Positions 30,628-40,928 of a DNA stretch of 64,000 nt are shown one piece after another. The stretch spans positions 512,001 to 576,000 of the forward strand of contig CAVWEH010000002.1 in the NCBI GenBank assembly GCA_963753975.1. The letters run 5' to 3'. This DNA comes from an uncultured delta proteobacterium. Lineage in GTDB: Bacteria; Desulfobacterota; Syntrophia; Syntrophales; Smithellaceae. The first letter of the stretch is position 1. The number at the start of each line of letters is the position of its first letter. The position numbers and the translations under genes are program-made. The notes beneath the pieces are model-generated. The model was not told where the DNA came from. It ran no database searches and saw nothing but the letters and a program-made list of their open reading frames with translations.

Positions 30628-31707
30628 CTATGAATATTCATACTGCTTTTTATAACCTTCAAATTCTTTTTCAAATACAACATCATCATTACCAACTGCA
30701 GGAATATACAAAGACCACTTAACAGGATTGATATATTGATCTCGCCCTATTCCAAGCGTATGCTCACCGTCAGAATTTCTTATCTTATGCCGCATATTAT
30801 AAAGACGTTTTTTAAAAAGCCATAACAAAGCCCTTATCAATTCCATTTTATCTTTTATCTTTTTATCAACATCACCCATAGGAGATAAAGATTTTGTAAT
30901 GTATCGCGTCAAATAACTTGCAAGGACAGCGCCGTTATCATGATGTCTTATAGGCTTACCAAATCTAATTCCTTGCGGCTGCGAATAAGGCCACAACTTG
31001 CTTAAATCCTCAATTTTCGCCACCCATGAACCATAAAACAACAAATGAAAATGAACCATTCCCTTTTCTGTAAATTCCATTACCCATGCAATAAAATTAT
31101 TTGGCTCACTATACTTCTTTTTATGCATTCTTAATTTACGCAAGAAATCAGAAACAAAATATCCGCCAACCACAGCAAGATAAGCTTCCGGTCCTAGATA
31201 CCACCAATCAGGAATAATCTGTTTAACAATATCAGGATCAAAAGTAAGGATTAAATGACTTACCTTTTTTAATCCCTTTACTTCATCCAAAGCACGTTGA
31301 CCAACAATCCAACTATAATTATATTCACTATTCCAACGAGATTTATTCGGGAAAGTCTTTAATTCCCCCGCTTCATTGACCAAAGGAGGCGACATTGAAC
31401 CATCAACCCGAATCAACATTTTTTTAAAATCATTAATAATATCCTTTTGATCAACAAAACCAAATTTAATAGGCTCTGATAGTTTATGATTCTCTAACCA
31501 ATTATTACCGCCAGTAGCAAGGCCATAAGGGCAATCTCTTTTTTCTTTTGTTTTTTTGTCAAAATCAGCACTAGTCAGTCTGCTATGCTTCCGGCACGCC
31601 CTGCTTGCGCTAAGAGCTTGCGCGCCTTCGCGATTAATTACCTCAACAACCCTCGAGCCCGGAATCGAATTTAAAACAAACTGGACTAAATCTGACATGA
31701 AATACAC
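30628..31707 (-). CDS. HUH rolling-circle replication initiator (Rep)
   Basis: Motif I LILTF, motif II WVMEF..KGMVHFHLLF (HUH), motif III YLTRYITK (two tyrosines). Confidence 0.85.
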   Translation of the reverse strand: MYFMSDLVQFVLNSIPGSRVVEVINREGAQALSASRACRKHSRLTSADFDKKTKEKRDCPYGLATGGNNWLENHKLSEPIKFGFVDQKDIINDFKKMLIRVDGSMSPPLVNEAGELKTFPNKSRWNSEYNYSWIVGQRALDEVKGLKKVSHLILTFDPDIVKQIIPDWWYLGPEAYLAVVGGYFVSDFLRKLRMHKKKYSEPNNFIAWVMEFTEKGMVHFHLLFYGSWVAKIEDLSKLWPYSQPQGIRFGKPIRHHDNGAVLASYLTRYITKSLSPMGDVDKKIKDKMELIRALLWLFKKRLYNMRHKIRNSDGEHTLGIGRDQYINPVKWSLYIPAVGNDDVVFEKEFEGYKKQYEYS

Positions 31708-31760
31708 CCCCTATTTAATATCAATCCATATCTCTTGTATGCCGATTCGCACGTCCGACT

Positions 31761-31799
31761 CCGACTGCTGGCTCTATCGTCGCCAGCCGCCGCAGTCGG
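31761..31799. other. GC-rich hairpin upstream of rep, candidate replication origin
   Basis: CCGACTGC-TGGC...GCCA..GCAGTCGG in an otherwise AT-rich context. Confidence 0.4.
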
Positions 31800-31999
31800 G
31801 CTATTTTCAGTATTTCACACACTTTATTTTTTATAAAAAATCCTACTCACCGTTACCCTCGCCGTGCCATTCTTGAGACATAATCAACAAAAAAAGACGC
31901 AAAAGATCGCAAAAGCGTATTTCTTTACGGCTTAATAAAGTGCTGATTAAATTGTTAAATTGTGATTTGTCTAAAAAACAAGAAAGGTGAGGCGGCAGC

Positions 32000-32044
32000 C
32001 TCATATCCGTAGTGTCCGGGGTCCGATTCCCTGCACCGCCACCA
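32000..32044 (+). repeat. attR core (displaced tRNA 3' fragment)
   Basis: Identical to 24684-24728. Confidence 0.92.
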
Positions 32045-32073
32045 AAATATAAGCCGGCGACATGCGGTGAAAT

Positions 32074-32102
32074 AAAAAAGGCCCTAAGAACGGGCCTTTT
32101 TT
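32074..32102 (+). terminator. Original tRNA terminator
   Basis: AAAAAAGGCCC-TAAGAAC-GGGCCTTTTTT. Confidence 0.8.
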
Positions 32103-32322
32103 GATTATTGTCCGCTGGTGTGTGCAGAATAATTTATAAAACCGGCCAATATACCGATACGCCGATTAAAGCTGAACGACTTTAAAAAATAATTGACTAA
32201 AAATATCAAATATGGTCCACACTATAATTATAGGTAAAGCGTCTACTTATTTATTATTACGGTCAAATTATCTAATAAGTACCACTAGTGCTATGATCAT
32301 CAATCAGCATAAAAACGTCTTC

Positions 32323-32730
32323 CTATTTTATCACTGATTCTTTCTTCAGCGTCAATGCCGCGTAATACTTGCTATTATCTTCCGCCTGATGAACAATTAA
32401 TCCCGCTTCTTTTGACGGATAAATAAACTGACATTTCATGCCTTGCTTGTTGTAAAAATAAGGCGTCTTCCCTTCTTCATAAATGACCGCTGCCGGATAC
32501 CCGTGATATCTATACAACCTTTTCCATTCACGTCTGGCATTTTCCTGCTTGAAATATGTTTCCAATTCCTGCTTGTGAGCAACAGCCGAAGGTGATTGCA
32601 TATAGAGGTAAGACGTGGCACCGAGAAATACAAAAACTAAAAGCATAGTTGCCATAATAGTGATGTTGAGACTGTATAACCGCAGTTGATCGCAAAATGT
32701 TCGCCAATTTCTTTTAATATTCATCAACAT
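32323..32730 (-). CDS. Hypothetical membrane-anchored protein
   Basis: GGAGG RBS, single TM helix. Confidence 0.65.
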   Translation of the reverse strand: MLMNIKRNWRTFCDQLRLYSLNITIMATMLLVFVFLGATSYLYMQSPSAVAHKQELETYFKQENARREWKRLYRYHGYPAAVIYEEGKTPYFYNKQGMKCQFIYPSKEAGLIVHQAEDNSKYYAALTLKKESVIK

Positions 32731-32913
32731 AATGTGACCTCCTTCTCTAAGTTATAGATGCAAACATCGTCAACAAAGCCATCGTCGATATAATTATTCT
32801 CTTCATCAAGCTTCCTTATGATAAAGATTTTTTTTACTTATGCGGCAATTAAAAAATATCAAGGTACCCACCTTGGCTCAATGCAAACCGCGAATTCTCT
32901 TCTTTCATGACCT

Positions 32914-33114
32914 TCAAGGAAGCGGACCGGATGAAGCGATCGTCGGTGACGACTCCATGCGCTTGTCCGAAAGAACATTATCATGATAGATTAGTCCCCA
33001 GAGCGCGGCAAACAAAATAATGCTGGCACCCAGGATCGCCGCAGCAGCCATGCCGTCAACGATTTCGCCTAAGAATCTATCGAAGCTTTTGTATCGTTCC
33101 TGTGTTGACTTCAT
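32914..33114 (-). CDS. Small hypothetical membrane protein
   Basis: AGGAG RBS, single TM helix. Confidence 0.55.
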   Translation of the reverse strand: MKSTQERYKSFDRFLGEIVDGMAAAAILGASIILFAALWGLIYHDNVLSDKRMESSPTIASSGPLP

Positions 33115-33277
33115 CTTTCTTCTCCTGCACTTTTCCTAAAAAAACTTTTGGGACCGACTCTTTTGATCTTGCCTTCAGACTACTTCATGTAGTCTTTTTC
33201 ATTTTTAGGATAAATAACATAAAGACAAATGGCAACAATAGTTAACTGTATGCTTAATGGTAAGTAAATCCTACCCC

Positions 33278-33358
33278 AGCGTCTGGACGCTAAGACGCCT
33301 TCGTGCGGACCTCCGCCGCAGCACGCATTCGATTGCCTGTTGCATTCAGACGTCTTTC
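33278..33358 (-). ncRNA. Candidate structured leader RNA / sRNA
   Basis: Extended -10 TGTTATAAT (minus, 33364-33372) directly before a rod-like fold CGTCTGAATGC...GCGTCCAGACG with inner CGTGC/GCACG stem. Confidence 0.35.
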
Positions 33359-33538
33359 CGGCTATTATAACAACAACAGGATTTTGTTTTCTGCGAGCTC
33401 ATCCTTTAATATTTCGGGTATCGTGGAAAGGTAAATCTTAATCAGTATACTGAGTACTTCCAATGACAATTCGACGGTGATGCGACGGCAAAAAATTAGA
33501 ACTGGGCAATATACTCAAAGCGTTTTAATTAGTAGCTT

Positions 33539-34519
33539 ATGGTCGAAAGGGAATCAAAATACGATAATATTAATTTTAATCCCTGTATCTTGGTCAGGAA
33601 CCCGCACATACAATCTATTCTGGCCAGTTCCAGATTGCGCACGCCTCACAAAAATTACATGCGGGACAATTCTCAAGAGATAATTATCACCACTTCTGTC
33701 GGATCAAAGTTGCTTTCTTTTTACGCACGTCACGAAGCAAGCAAAGGTTTGATTATCTTATTGCATGGCTGGGAAGGTTCTTCTTCATCTGCTTACATAC
33801 TCGCATCAGGGGCATTTTTTTATAATCTGGGATTTTCCGTTTGCCGCTTGAATTTAAGGGACCATGGTGATTCACATCATCTAAACGAAGGGCTTTTCCA
33901 TGGAGCGCTGTTAGATGAAACGTTTGATGCAGTAAATCAACTAGCACAGTTGGAAAAGGATTCACCTGCATATATAATCGGCTTTTCTATGGGCGGTAAT
34001 TTTGCCTTGCGTATCGCCGGGAAACACTCCCGTATTCCTATACAAAATCTAAAAAGTGTCTTTGCCGTAAGCCCGCCCCTTGACCCTTATAAAACGACGT
34101 TGGCTATCGACAACGCCTACTTCTTTTATCGCCAGTATTTCCTGAAGAAATGGAAACGTTCTTTAATCAAGAAGCAGCAACTTTTCCCGCAAAAGTATGA
34201 TTTCAGCAAAATGCTGCGGACAAAAACCTGCATGGAGTTGACGGAAGCTGTTATGCCTTACTTTCCGGAGTTCCCATCATATCGAGACTATTTTAATTTA
34301 TACACGTTGAAAAATGATTTCTTTCAAAACTTTACTGTACCCGTTAAAATATTTATTGCGGCAGATGATCCGGTGATTCCCCAAGAAAACTATTACAGTT
34401 TACAGGAAAATAATTTTTTTCAAATTTTCAGGCATAGCTTCGGCGGTCATTGCGGATTTATCGATTTATTCCCGTTAGGCTGCTGGTATAACAAAATAAT
34501 CGCGGATATTATAAATTAA
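33539..34519 (+). CDS. YheT-like alpha/beta hydrolase
   Basis: NPHIQS, LHGWEGSS, GFSMGG nucleophile elbow, DDPVI, GGHCGF. Confidence 0.9.
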   Translation: MVERESKYDNINFNPCILVRNPHIQSILASSRLRTPHKNYMRDNSQEIIITTSVGSKLLSFYARHEASKGLIILLHGWEGSSSSAYILASGAFFYNLGFSVCRLNLRDHGDSHHLNEGLFHGALLDETFDAVNQLAQLEKDSPAYIIGFSMGGNFALRIAGKHSRIPIQNLKSVFAVSPPLDPYKTTLAIDNAYFFYRQYFLKKWKRSLIKKQQLFPQKYDFSKMLRTKTCMELTEAVMPYFPEFPSYRDYFNLYTLKNDFFQNFTVPVKIFIAADDPVIPQENYYSLQENNFFQIFRHSFGGHCGFIDLFPLGCWYNKIIADIIN

Positions 34520-34530
34520 TTTGGACATTT

Positions 34531-35373
34531 ATGGATCTATCTCTTTTCCACGAAAAGGACATATTCCCCTCTTTTGTGACCGCTAAATTAGCAGCGTCAA
34601 CGATCGATTATAAAGAAAAGCATTCTTTAATAACAAAGGCCAACAGGACAGATTGGCCTCATCTTGAAGCTGGAGTCGTCCTTTTGCTTCATTACAAATC
34701 AAATCAAAAAAAGTCAGAATACGTTTTTCAACTAATTAAACGTTCGCAAAAAGTCACTCAAGCCGGCGACATCAGTTGTCCGGGTGGTATTTTGCATCCG
34801 AGAATTGATAAAATTCTCAGCTATTTTTTGAAAACAGGAATAATTTCCGACCAGCGAAAAAAAATTTTAAATTACGATGCGTGTCAGGACAAAGAAACAA
34901 ATTCTTTAATTCGACTTTTTTTAACTAACGCTCTAAGAGAAGCTTGGGAGGAAATTGGTTTAATTCCATTTAACATCTCATTTTTAGGCGCCCTACCCTG
35001 CTATTCTTTAACTTCATTTGCCATAACAATTTACCCTCTGGTCTGTCTCACCTCTAAGCCTTTTAGATATAAATTAAGTTCGGAAGTGGATAAAATTTTG
35101 GAAATTCCCCTTAGTTTTTTCTTTCAAAGCTCTAACTATGCTTCGTTGGAAATTGAAGCGGCGATGGGAAATATATCTTCCCGCCAGACCAATAAATTTC
35201 CCTGCCTAGTCATTCCCGATGACCGGGGAAACATTGATATTCTTTGGGGTGCGACTTTTAATATTATTACGAATTTTTTGGCTATCGTTTCCGATAATAG
35301 TTTGCCCTTCCCTTCCTCTTCCAGAACAATTAAAAAAGTTTTGTCCAACAATTATATTTCCGGAAATCGCTGA
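34531..35373 (+). CDS. Nudix hydrolase (CoA pyrophosphatase-like)
   Basis: GDISCPGG, ALREAWEEIGL, LWGAT. Confidence 0.85.
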   Translation: MDLSLFHEKDIFPSFVTAKLAASTIDYKEKHSLITKANRTDWPHLEAGVVLLLHYKSNQKKSEYVFQLIKRSQKVTQAGDISCPGGILHPRIDKILSYFLKTGIISDQRKKILNYDACQDKETNSLIRLFLTNALREAWEEIGLIPFNISFLGALPCYSLTSFAITIYPLVCLTSKPFRYKLSSEVDKILEIPLSFFFQSSNYASLEIEAAMGNISSRQTNKFPCLVIPDDRGNIDILWGATFNIITNFLAIVSDNSLPFPSSSRTIKKVLSNNYISGNR

Positions 35374-35378
35374 TCTTT

Positions 35379-36053
35379 ATGGCTGTAATAAAAATTAAAG
35401 GTATTCCCGTAGAAACTATAATTTTCGATTTTGACGGAACACTGGCAAAATTAAATATTGATTTTAAACAGATGCGCGATGCTGTCCTGAAACTTATTTT
35501 TTCTTACGGTATTGCGCGACATAATTTGCAAACTGATTTTATTTTAGAAATGATTAACGCAGCCAAAAATATATTGTCCCGGAACTCACCTCAAAAAGCT
35601 GAAACATTTACTAATAAAGCAATCAAAATAATTGAAGCTATGGAAATAGAAGCAGCTATCAATGGTGAATTATTCCCCCAAACAAAAGAATTATTCACCC
35701 GTCTTAACTTAGCCGGAATTTCCACCGGAGTGATAACTAGAAACTGTGAGAAGGCCGTAAAAACTGTATTCCCCGATATCCTATCTTATTGCGAGGTAGT
35801 TGTCTGTCGCGATAAAGTAAAAAACGTTAAACCTCATCCTGACCATTTAAATAAAGCCCTGCAGATGCTAAACAGTTCGGCCAATACTACTTTGATGATC
35901 GGTGATCACCCTTTAGATATTCAAACCGGTCGTAACACGGGAACCCGTACAGCAGGTGTACTCACCGGACACTTCCGGAAGTCTGATTTTTTAAATGCCG
36001 GAGCCGATCTGATACTATATAAGGCCGGCGATTTATTAAATATGATAAATTAA
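35379..36053 (+). CDS. HAD-family hydrolase (phosphoglycolate phosphatase-like)
   Basis: FDFDGTL, KPHP, IGDHPLD. Confidence 0.9.
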   Translation: MAVIKIKGIPVETIIFDFDGTLAKLNIDFKQMRDAVLKLIFSYGIARHNLQTDFILEMINAAKNILSRNSPQKAETFTNKAIKIIEAMEIEAAINGELFPQTKELFTRLNLAGISTGVITRNCEKAVKTVFPDILSYCEVVVCRDKVKNVKPHPDHLNKALQMLNSSANTTLMIGDHPLDIQTGRNTGTRTAGVLTGHFRKSDFLNAGADLILYKAGDLLNMIN

Positions 36054-36343
36054 TTTTCGTCTAAACCCTTGTGATTTTATCTGTTTATATCCGCTCTCCA
36101 CTATTATTTATTGCCTATTTACCATTATTTTTTTGTATTATTTTATTCGACAGGATGCATAATTTAAACTTATTTTATTATTTAAATATATGATTCTTAT
36201 CGGCAAACCTGACGTAGAGCATCTCTTAAGAGGCGATATAATTTTGTTTTTAGCCGAAATAATAATTGTAAATTTTGCTGCAAACAATTAAAGTATGCGT
36301 AGATTCCGCACACTGCAATTTAATCAATAGTTGAGACAATTTT

Positions 36344-38239
36344 ATGAAATTAGAAAGCCCTCAAAAATATCTTGCCACCTATAAGAAAGATTACCCTGAA
36401 AAATTCGCTGTAGAAAATGAAATCTTTAAGCACATTCGCCGCGGCGACCATATTTTTGTTGCCTCCGGATGCGGCGAACCACAATATCTTGTCCAAGCAA
36501 TGACAAGCTATGTCGAATCGCATCCGAAAGCCTTTTTTGATGCCGAAATTATCCATGTTTACTCTTTAGGCATTGCTCCCTATACTGACGCCAAATATAA
36601 AGCAAACTTCCGCCATAACTCTTTTTTTATTGGTAATAATACTCGCGATCCCATCAACAAAGGTTTGGCTGATTATACGCCTATTTCTCTTTCGCATGTT
36701 CCTTCATTATTATATAGTGGTGTAATCCGCATTGACATAGCGCTGATACAAACTTCTCTGCCCGACGATCATGGCTACTTTAGCCTTGGCGTCAGCGTGG
36801 ACATAGTAAAGGCCGCTACGGAAAAGGCGGCAATTGTTATTGCACAAGTAAACGCCAATATGCCCCGAATTCACGGTGATGGTTTTATTCATATTAAAGA
36901 TGTAGATTTTATTATTCCCTATGATGAGCCGCTCTTGGAGGTAACAGGTGCAAAAACAAGCGAAGCTATTCAAAGAATCGGTAAAAACGTAGCGCGCTTA
37001 GTGCAGGATGGCGACACCATTCAAGTGGGATTCGGCAGCCTGCCCAATGCCATAATGGCCAATTTGTATAATAAAAATAATCTGGGAGTTCATACGGAAC
37101 TTTTAAGCGATGGTCTGGTGGATTTAATCAAAGCCGGGGTTATCGACAATTCCAGAAAAACCATTGACCGCGGAAAAACAACTGCCGCTTTCAGCATGGG
37201 GAAAAAAGCCACCTATGACTTTCTTAATGACAATCCTTCCATAAATTTCCGGACAATCGACTATACAAATAATCCGTTAGTTATTGCCCAAATAGAAAAC
37301 ATGGTTGCAATTAACAGCGCTCTGGAAATAGACCTCACCGGACAAGCCACTTCGGAATCGATTGGCAGCATTTTTTATAGCGGCGTCGGCGGGCATCAAG
37401 ATTTTATGAGAGGATCATTACTTTCCAAAAACGGCAAAACCGTTCTTGCTATGAAAGCTACTTCTCATGACGACACTATTTCCCGCATTGTTCCGGCCCT
37501 GAAAGAACAAGCGGGAGTAACTCTCAATCGTGGTGATGTCCGCTACATAGTAACGGAATACGGCATTGCGTACTTGCATGGAAAAAACATCCGGGAACGC
37601 GCTATGGAATTGATTTCTATAGCTCACCCCAAGTTCCGCCCATTGCTGATTGAAGAAGCCAAAAAACGCGGTCTGATTTTTAAAGACCAAGCTTTTATTC
37701 CCGGAAAGCACGGTGAATATCCAGAAGAGTTGGAAACATTCCGCACCACAAAAACGGGATTACAAATATTCATGAGGCCGGTTAAAATAAGCGATGAACC
37801 TCTTCTGAAAGATTTTTTTTATTCCCTTTCCGACGCGAGTTTGCACAGACGGTTCTTCTCTATTCGTAAAGACATGCCGCATGAAAGGCTACAGGATTTT
37901 GTGGTTATTGATTACACAAAAGAAGTTCTCCTGGTAGTTATCACCGGAGATCAGGAAAACCAGCTCATAGCCGCGATCGGGCAATATGGAATAGACGAAA
38001 GCACCCATACAGCTGAAGTTGCATTTGCAGTGCGCGATGATCACCAAAACCGCGGTATCGGTTTTGAATTGTTGAAATACCTCACGTATCTTGCCAAAAG
38101 ACAGGGATTACTTGGTTTCACAGCGGAAGTTCTTATCGATAATGAACCCATGTTGCATGTTTTTGAAAAAGGCGGATTCGATATGAAAAAAAGAGCTGAC
38201 AGCGGCGTTTACGATTTAATGCTTAAGTTTAAAATATAA
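36344..38239 (+). CDS. Acetyl-CoA hydrolase/CoA-transferase fused to a C-terminal GNAT acetyltransferase
   Basis: GCGEPQ, LGVHTE, GVGGHQDF, VTEYGIA; GNAT AEVAFAVRDDHQNRGIG. Confidence 0.9.
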   Translation: MKLESPQKYLATYKKDYPEKFAVENEIFKHIRRGDHIFVASGCGEPQYLVQAMTSYVESHPKAFFDAEIIHVYSLGIAPYTDAKYKANFRHNSFFIGNNTRDPINKGLADYTPISLSHVPSLLYSGVIRIDIALIQTSLPDDHGYFSLGVSVDIVKAATEKAAIVIAQVNANMPRIHGDGFIHIKDVDFIIPYDEPLLEVTGAKTSEAIQRIGKNVARLVQDGDTIQVGFGSLPNAIMANLYNKNNLGVHTELLSDGLVDLIKAGVIDNSRKTIDRGKTTAAFSMGKKATYDFLNDNPSINFRTIDYTNNPLVIAQIENMVAINSALEIDLTGQATSESIGSIFYSGVGGHQDFMRGSLLSKNGKTVLAMKATSHDDTISRIVPALKEQAGVTLNRGDVRYIVTEYGIAYLHGKNIRERAMELISIAHPKFRPLLIEEAKKRGLIFKDQAFIPGKHGEYPEELETFRTTKTGLQIFMRPVKISDEPLLKDFFYSLSDASLHRRFFSIRKDMPHERLQDFVVIDYTKEVLLVVITGDQENQLIAAIGQYGIDESTHTAEVAFAVRDDHQNRGIGFELLKYLTYLAKRQGLLGFTAEVLIDNEPMLHVFEKGGFDMKKRADSGVYDLMLKFKI

Positions 38240-38261
38240 CTTATTTTAGAAAGATTTATAT

Positions 38262-39605
38262 TTGATGAATCCCAATGTATTTCGTGAATATGATGTTAGA
38301 GGTGTTGTTGACAAAGACTTAAATGAAGAATTCGTTTTCAATCTGGGACGGGCTATCGGCACTTATGCCATCCGGTACAAAATAAAAAAAATGACGATCG
38401 GGCGCGATTGCCGCCTCAGCTCGGAAGCTTATCATAATTTTTTAATTCAAGGCCTTAATCACTCCGGTATTGATATAATTGATATTGGTCTTTGCGCTAC
38501 TCCCATGCTCTACTTCTCCATCCACCATCTTCATACTGGCGGAGGGGTAATGGTCACAGGCAGCCATAATCCACCTGAATTTAATGGCTTTAAGATTTGC
38601 ATCGGCCCCGACACTATTTACGGAAATCAAGTTCAAGAATTAAGAAAAATCATGGAAAGTGAACAATATTCGACAGGTATTGCGTCTTCAGCGCTTCAAG
38701 ATATTACTCCTGCTTATCAAAACTGCATTTTTGACAATGTTAAAATTACCCGGAAAATCAAAGTTGTAGTTGATGCCGGCAACGGTGTCGGCGGTTATTT
38801 TGCTCTTCCACTTCTAGAACGTTTTGGCTGTGAAGTTATTCCGATTAATTGCGAGCCTGACGGCCGCTTCCCTCATCATTTTCCCGATCCCACTGTGAAA
38901 GAAAATTTAGCCCAACTGATTAAATTAGTGGGTAACGAAAAGACGGATTTAGGGATAGCCTTTGACGGTGATGCCGACCGTCTCGGTGTAATCAGCGATA
39001 AAGGTGAAATCATCTGGGGTGACAAACTCCTGCTGCTTTTTTCCCGTTATATTCTCAAGGAAAAACCGAATTCCACAATAATTGGCGAAGTTAAGTGTTC
39101 TCAGGTTTTATTCGATGATATTAAAAAGCATTCCGGCCGGGCGATTATGTGGAAAGCAGGGCACTCGTTGATTAAGGCTAAAATGAAAGAAGAAAAAGCC
39201 GTATTAGGCGGAGAAATGAGCGGGCATTTCTTTTTTGCCGATCGCTATTTCGGATATGATGACGCTATTTACGCGGCAGTCAGGTTATTGGAAATTCTCT
39301 CCAAGACGGGAGAAAAATTAAGCACTCTGCTTTCCGATATCCCGCAAACTTATTCTACTCCGGAAATCAGAATTGATTGCCCCGATAACAAAAAAGCGGA
39401 AGTTGTGGAAAAAATTAAAAAACATTTCCGGAACAGTCCCGGCATGGTTGATATTGATGGAGTGCGCATCCCTTTTAAGGACGGATGGGCGCTTGTACGT
39501 TCTTCCAACACTCAGCCGGTAATTGTTATGCGTTTTGAAGCCTCTTCCGCGAAAAGTTTGCAAAAAATCCGTAAAGAAGTGGAAGCCGTCCTAACGATTC
39601 AATAA
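38262..39605 (+). CDS. Phosphomannomutase/phosphoglucomutase
   Basis: FREYDVRG, TGSHNP, FDGDADR, GEMSGH. Confidence 0.95.
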   Translation: MMNPNVFREYDVRGVVDKDLNEEFVFNLGRAIGTYAIRYKIKKMTIGRDCRLSSEAYHNFLIQGLNHSGIDIIDIGLCATPMLYFSIHHLHTGGGVMVTGSHNPPEFNGFKICIGPDTIYGNQVQELRKIMESEQYSTGIASSALQDITPAYQNCIFDNVKITRKIKVVVDAGNGVGGYFALPLLERFGCEVIPINCEPDGRFPHHFPDPTVKENLAQLIKLVGNEKTDLGIAFDGDADRLGVISDKGEIIWGDKLLLLFSRYILKEKPNSTIIGEVKCSQVLFDDIKKHSGRAIMWKAGHSLIKAKMKEEKAVLGGEMSGHFFFADRYFGYDDAIYAAVRLLEILSKTGEKLSTLLSDIPQTYSTPEIRIDCPDNKKAEVVEKIKKHFRNSPGMVDIDGVRIPFKDGWALVRSSNTQPVIVMRFEASSAKSLQKIRKEVEAVLTIQ

Positions 39606-39737
39606 ATTCAAGCTAAACTGCTTTATCTTATTATTTTTTTATTGAATATTTTTTATTATTGTGTAATCTAGTAATAAATTGTTTGGACAACAATCAAGGC
39701 ATTATCGGAAGCAACTGCAGGGCAAGGAGGTTTATTT

Positions 39738-40928
39738 ATGAAGATTGTGCATCGCTTGTTACTCGTTTTGTTGATTAGTGTGTTTTTATTTGGTTGCGGC
39801 AGCAAGAAAGGCAGCACTACGGAAGGAAAGCTTGTCGACGGGCAAGGGCATCCACTTTCGGGAATAAGTGTTACTCTTAAACAAGTTCGACCTGTAGCGG
39901 GCTATGAACAACTCGAGGAAAAAACGGGCATCGATGGTATATTCCGCGTATCCGGCCTAATGCCTGATTCTGAATACATTATTACACCGGTATCCGATAA
40001 ATGGACTACAAAGGTAACGATGAAAATTACTGCCGGGAAAGAGGGGCAACCGCTAGTTTTAAGTAACCCTATTATCATTCGTTTTAATATGCTGCCGAAT
40101 GGAACTATTATCGACACAAAAACCGGTTTACAATGGCTGATCTACACGGCCACCGACATTAGTGCCGGCAATGTAATAAATACGGTAAAAACCATCAGCG
40201 AAGGGGGCTTCAATGACTGGAGGCTTCCCACAAAAGCGGAGCTTTCAGGTTTACAGGATAAAATAACCTCTCCAACAGAACAATCGGACTCTCCGTCCGT
40301 TAACGAAGTCTGCTGTGCTTGGACAGCCCCGCGCAATTCAGAAAAAATTGAATGGGAATTCTATGTTGATGATGGTAATGAACTTTGGACCTCCAGTAAG
40401 ATGCCGCCAAATGATAGAATCGTTATCGTCAGGAATTATAGTGAAATTCCCGCAACGGCCCAGGCTCCAACCGTGGCAGTACCCTCTCCTGTTGTTGTCC
40501 CTCAACCGCAAGCGGCGGCTTCCCCTGCTCCTGCAGCTGTTAGTGCACCGGCTGTATCAGAAAAGAAGGACGCAGCTGGTGCCGTGCCAGCCGGCAATAC
40601 TGTAATTGTTCGCTTCGATCCCAAGAAGGCAACAATAAATGCCGAAGATTTAGCCGCATTAAAAGTCTTTTATACTAAAATTAAAGATACATCCGGAAGA
40701 ATACTTATTGAAGGTCATTCTGATGCGGGCGGAACTGCAATGACTACCATGAAAAATTCTGTTGATCTTGCGCTTTCCACGTTGTCTCTCTTAAAGAAAA
40801 TGGGTTTGAGCGACAAAGCAAAAGTGGAATTAAAGGGTATGGGGGATACAAAGCCGGTAGCCGATAATAAGACGCCTGAAGGCCGACAACAAAACCGCCG
40901 CGTGGAACTGACCTTCATCCCCGAATAA
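39738..40928 (+). CDS. Lipoprotein: Ig-like domain + DUF1566 (Lcl) + Pro/Ala linker + OmpA-like C-terminal domain
   Basis: LFGC lipobox; DTKTGLQW, DWRLPTKAEL; IEGHSD, GRQQNRRVE. Confidence 0.85.
   Translation: MKIVHRLLLVLLISVFLFGCGSKKGSTTEGKLVDGQGHPLSGISVTLKQVRPVAGYEQLEEKTGIDGIFRVSGLMPDSEYIITPVSDKWTTKVTMKITAGKEGQPLVLSNPIIIRFNMLPNGTIIDTKTGLQWLIYTATDISAGNVINTVKTISEGGFNDWRLPTKAELSGLQDKITSPTEQSDSPSVNEVCCAWTAPRNSEKIEWEFYVDDGNELWTSSKMPPNDRIVIVRNYSEIPATAQAPTVAVPSPVVVPQPQAAASPAPAAVSAPAVSEKKDAAGAVPAGNTVIVRFDPKKATINAEDLAALKVFYTKIKDTSGRILIEGHSDAGGTAMTTMKNSVDLALSTLSLLKKMGLSDKAKVELKGMGDTKPVADNKTPEGRQQNRRVELTFIPE

Larger units (their letters stand above)
24684..32044. mobile_element. 7.3-kb integrative element (tyrosine integrase + Xis + RHH + HUH rolling-circle Rep + cargo) inserted in tRNA-Met
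   Basis: Identical 45-bp direct repeats at 24684-24728 and 32000-32044; integrase at one end, Rep at the other; AT-rich interior. Confidence 0.92.

Noticed and set aside
24684..32044. Complete filamentous (Inoviridae) prophage
   Set aside because: No Zot/pI ATPase, coat-protein cluster or ssDNA-binding gene could be recognised.
36195..36240. c-di-GMP-I riboswitch (GGCAAACC)
   Set aside because: The GAAA tetraloop stem and GCAAAG/second stem are absent.
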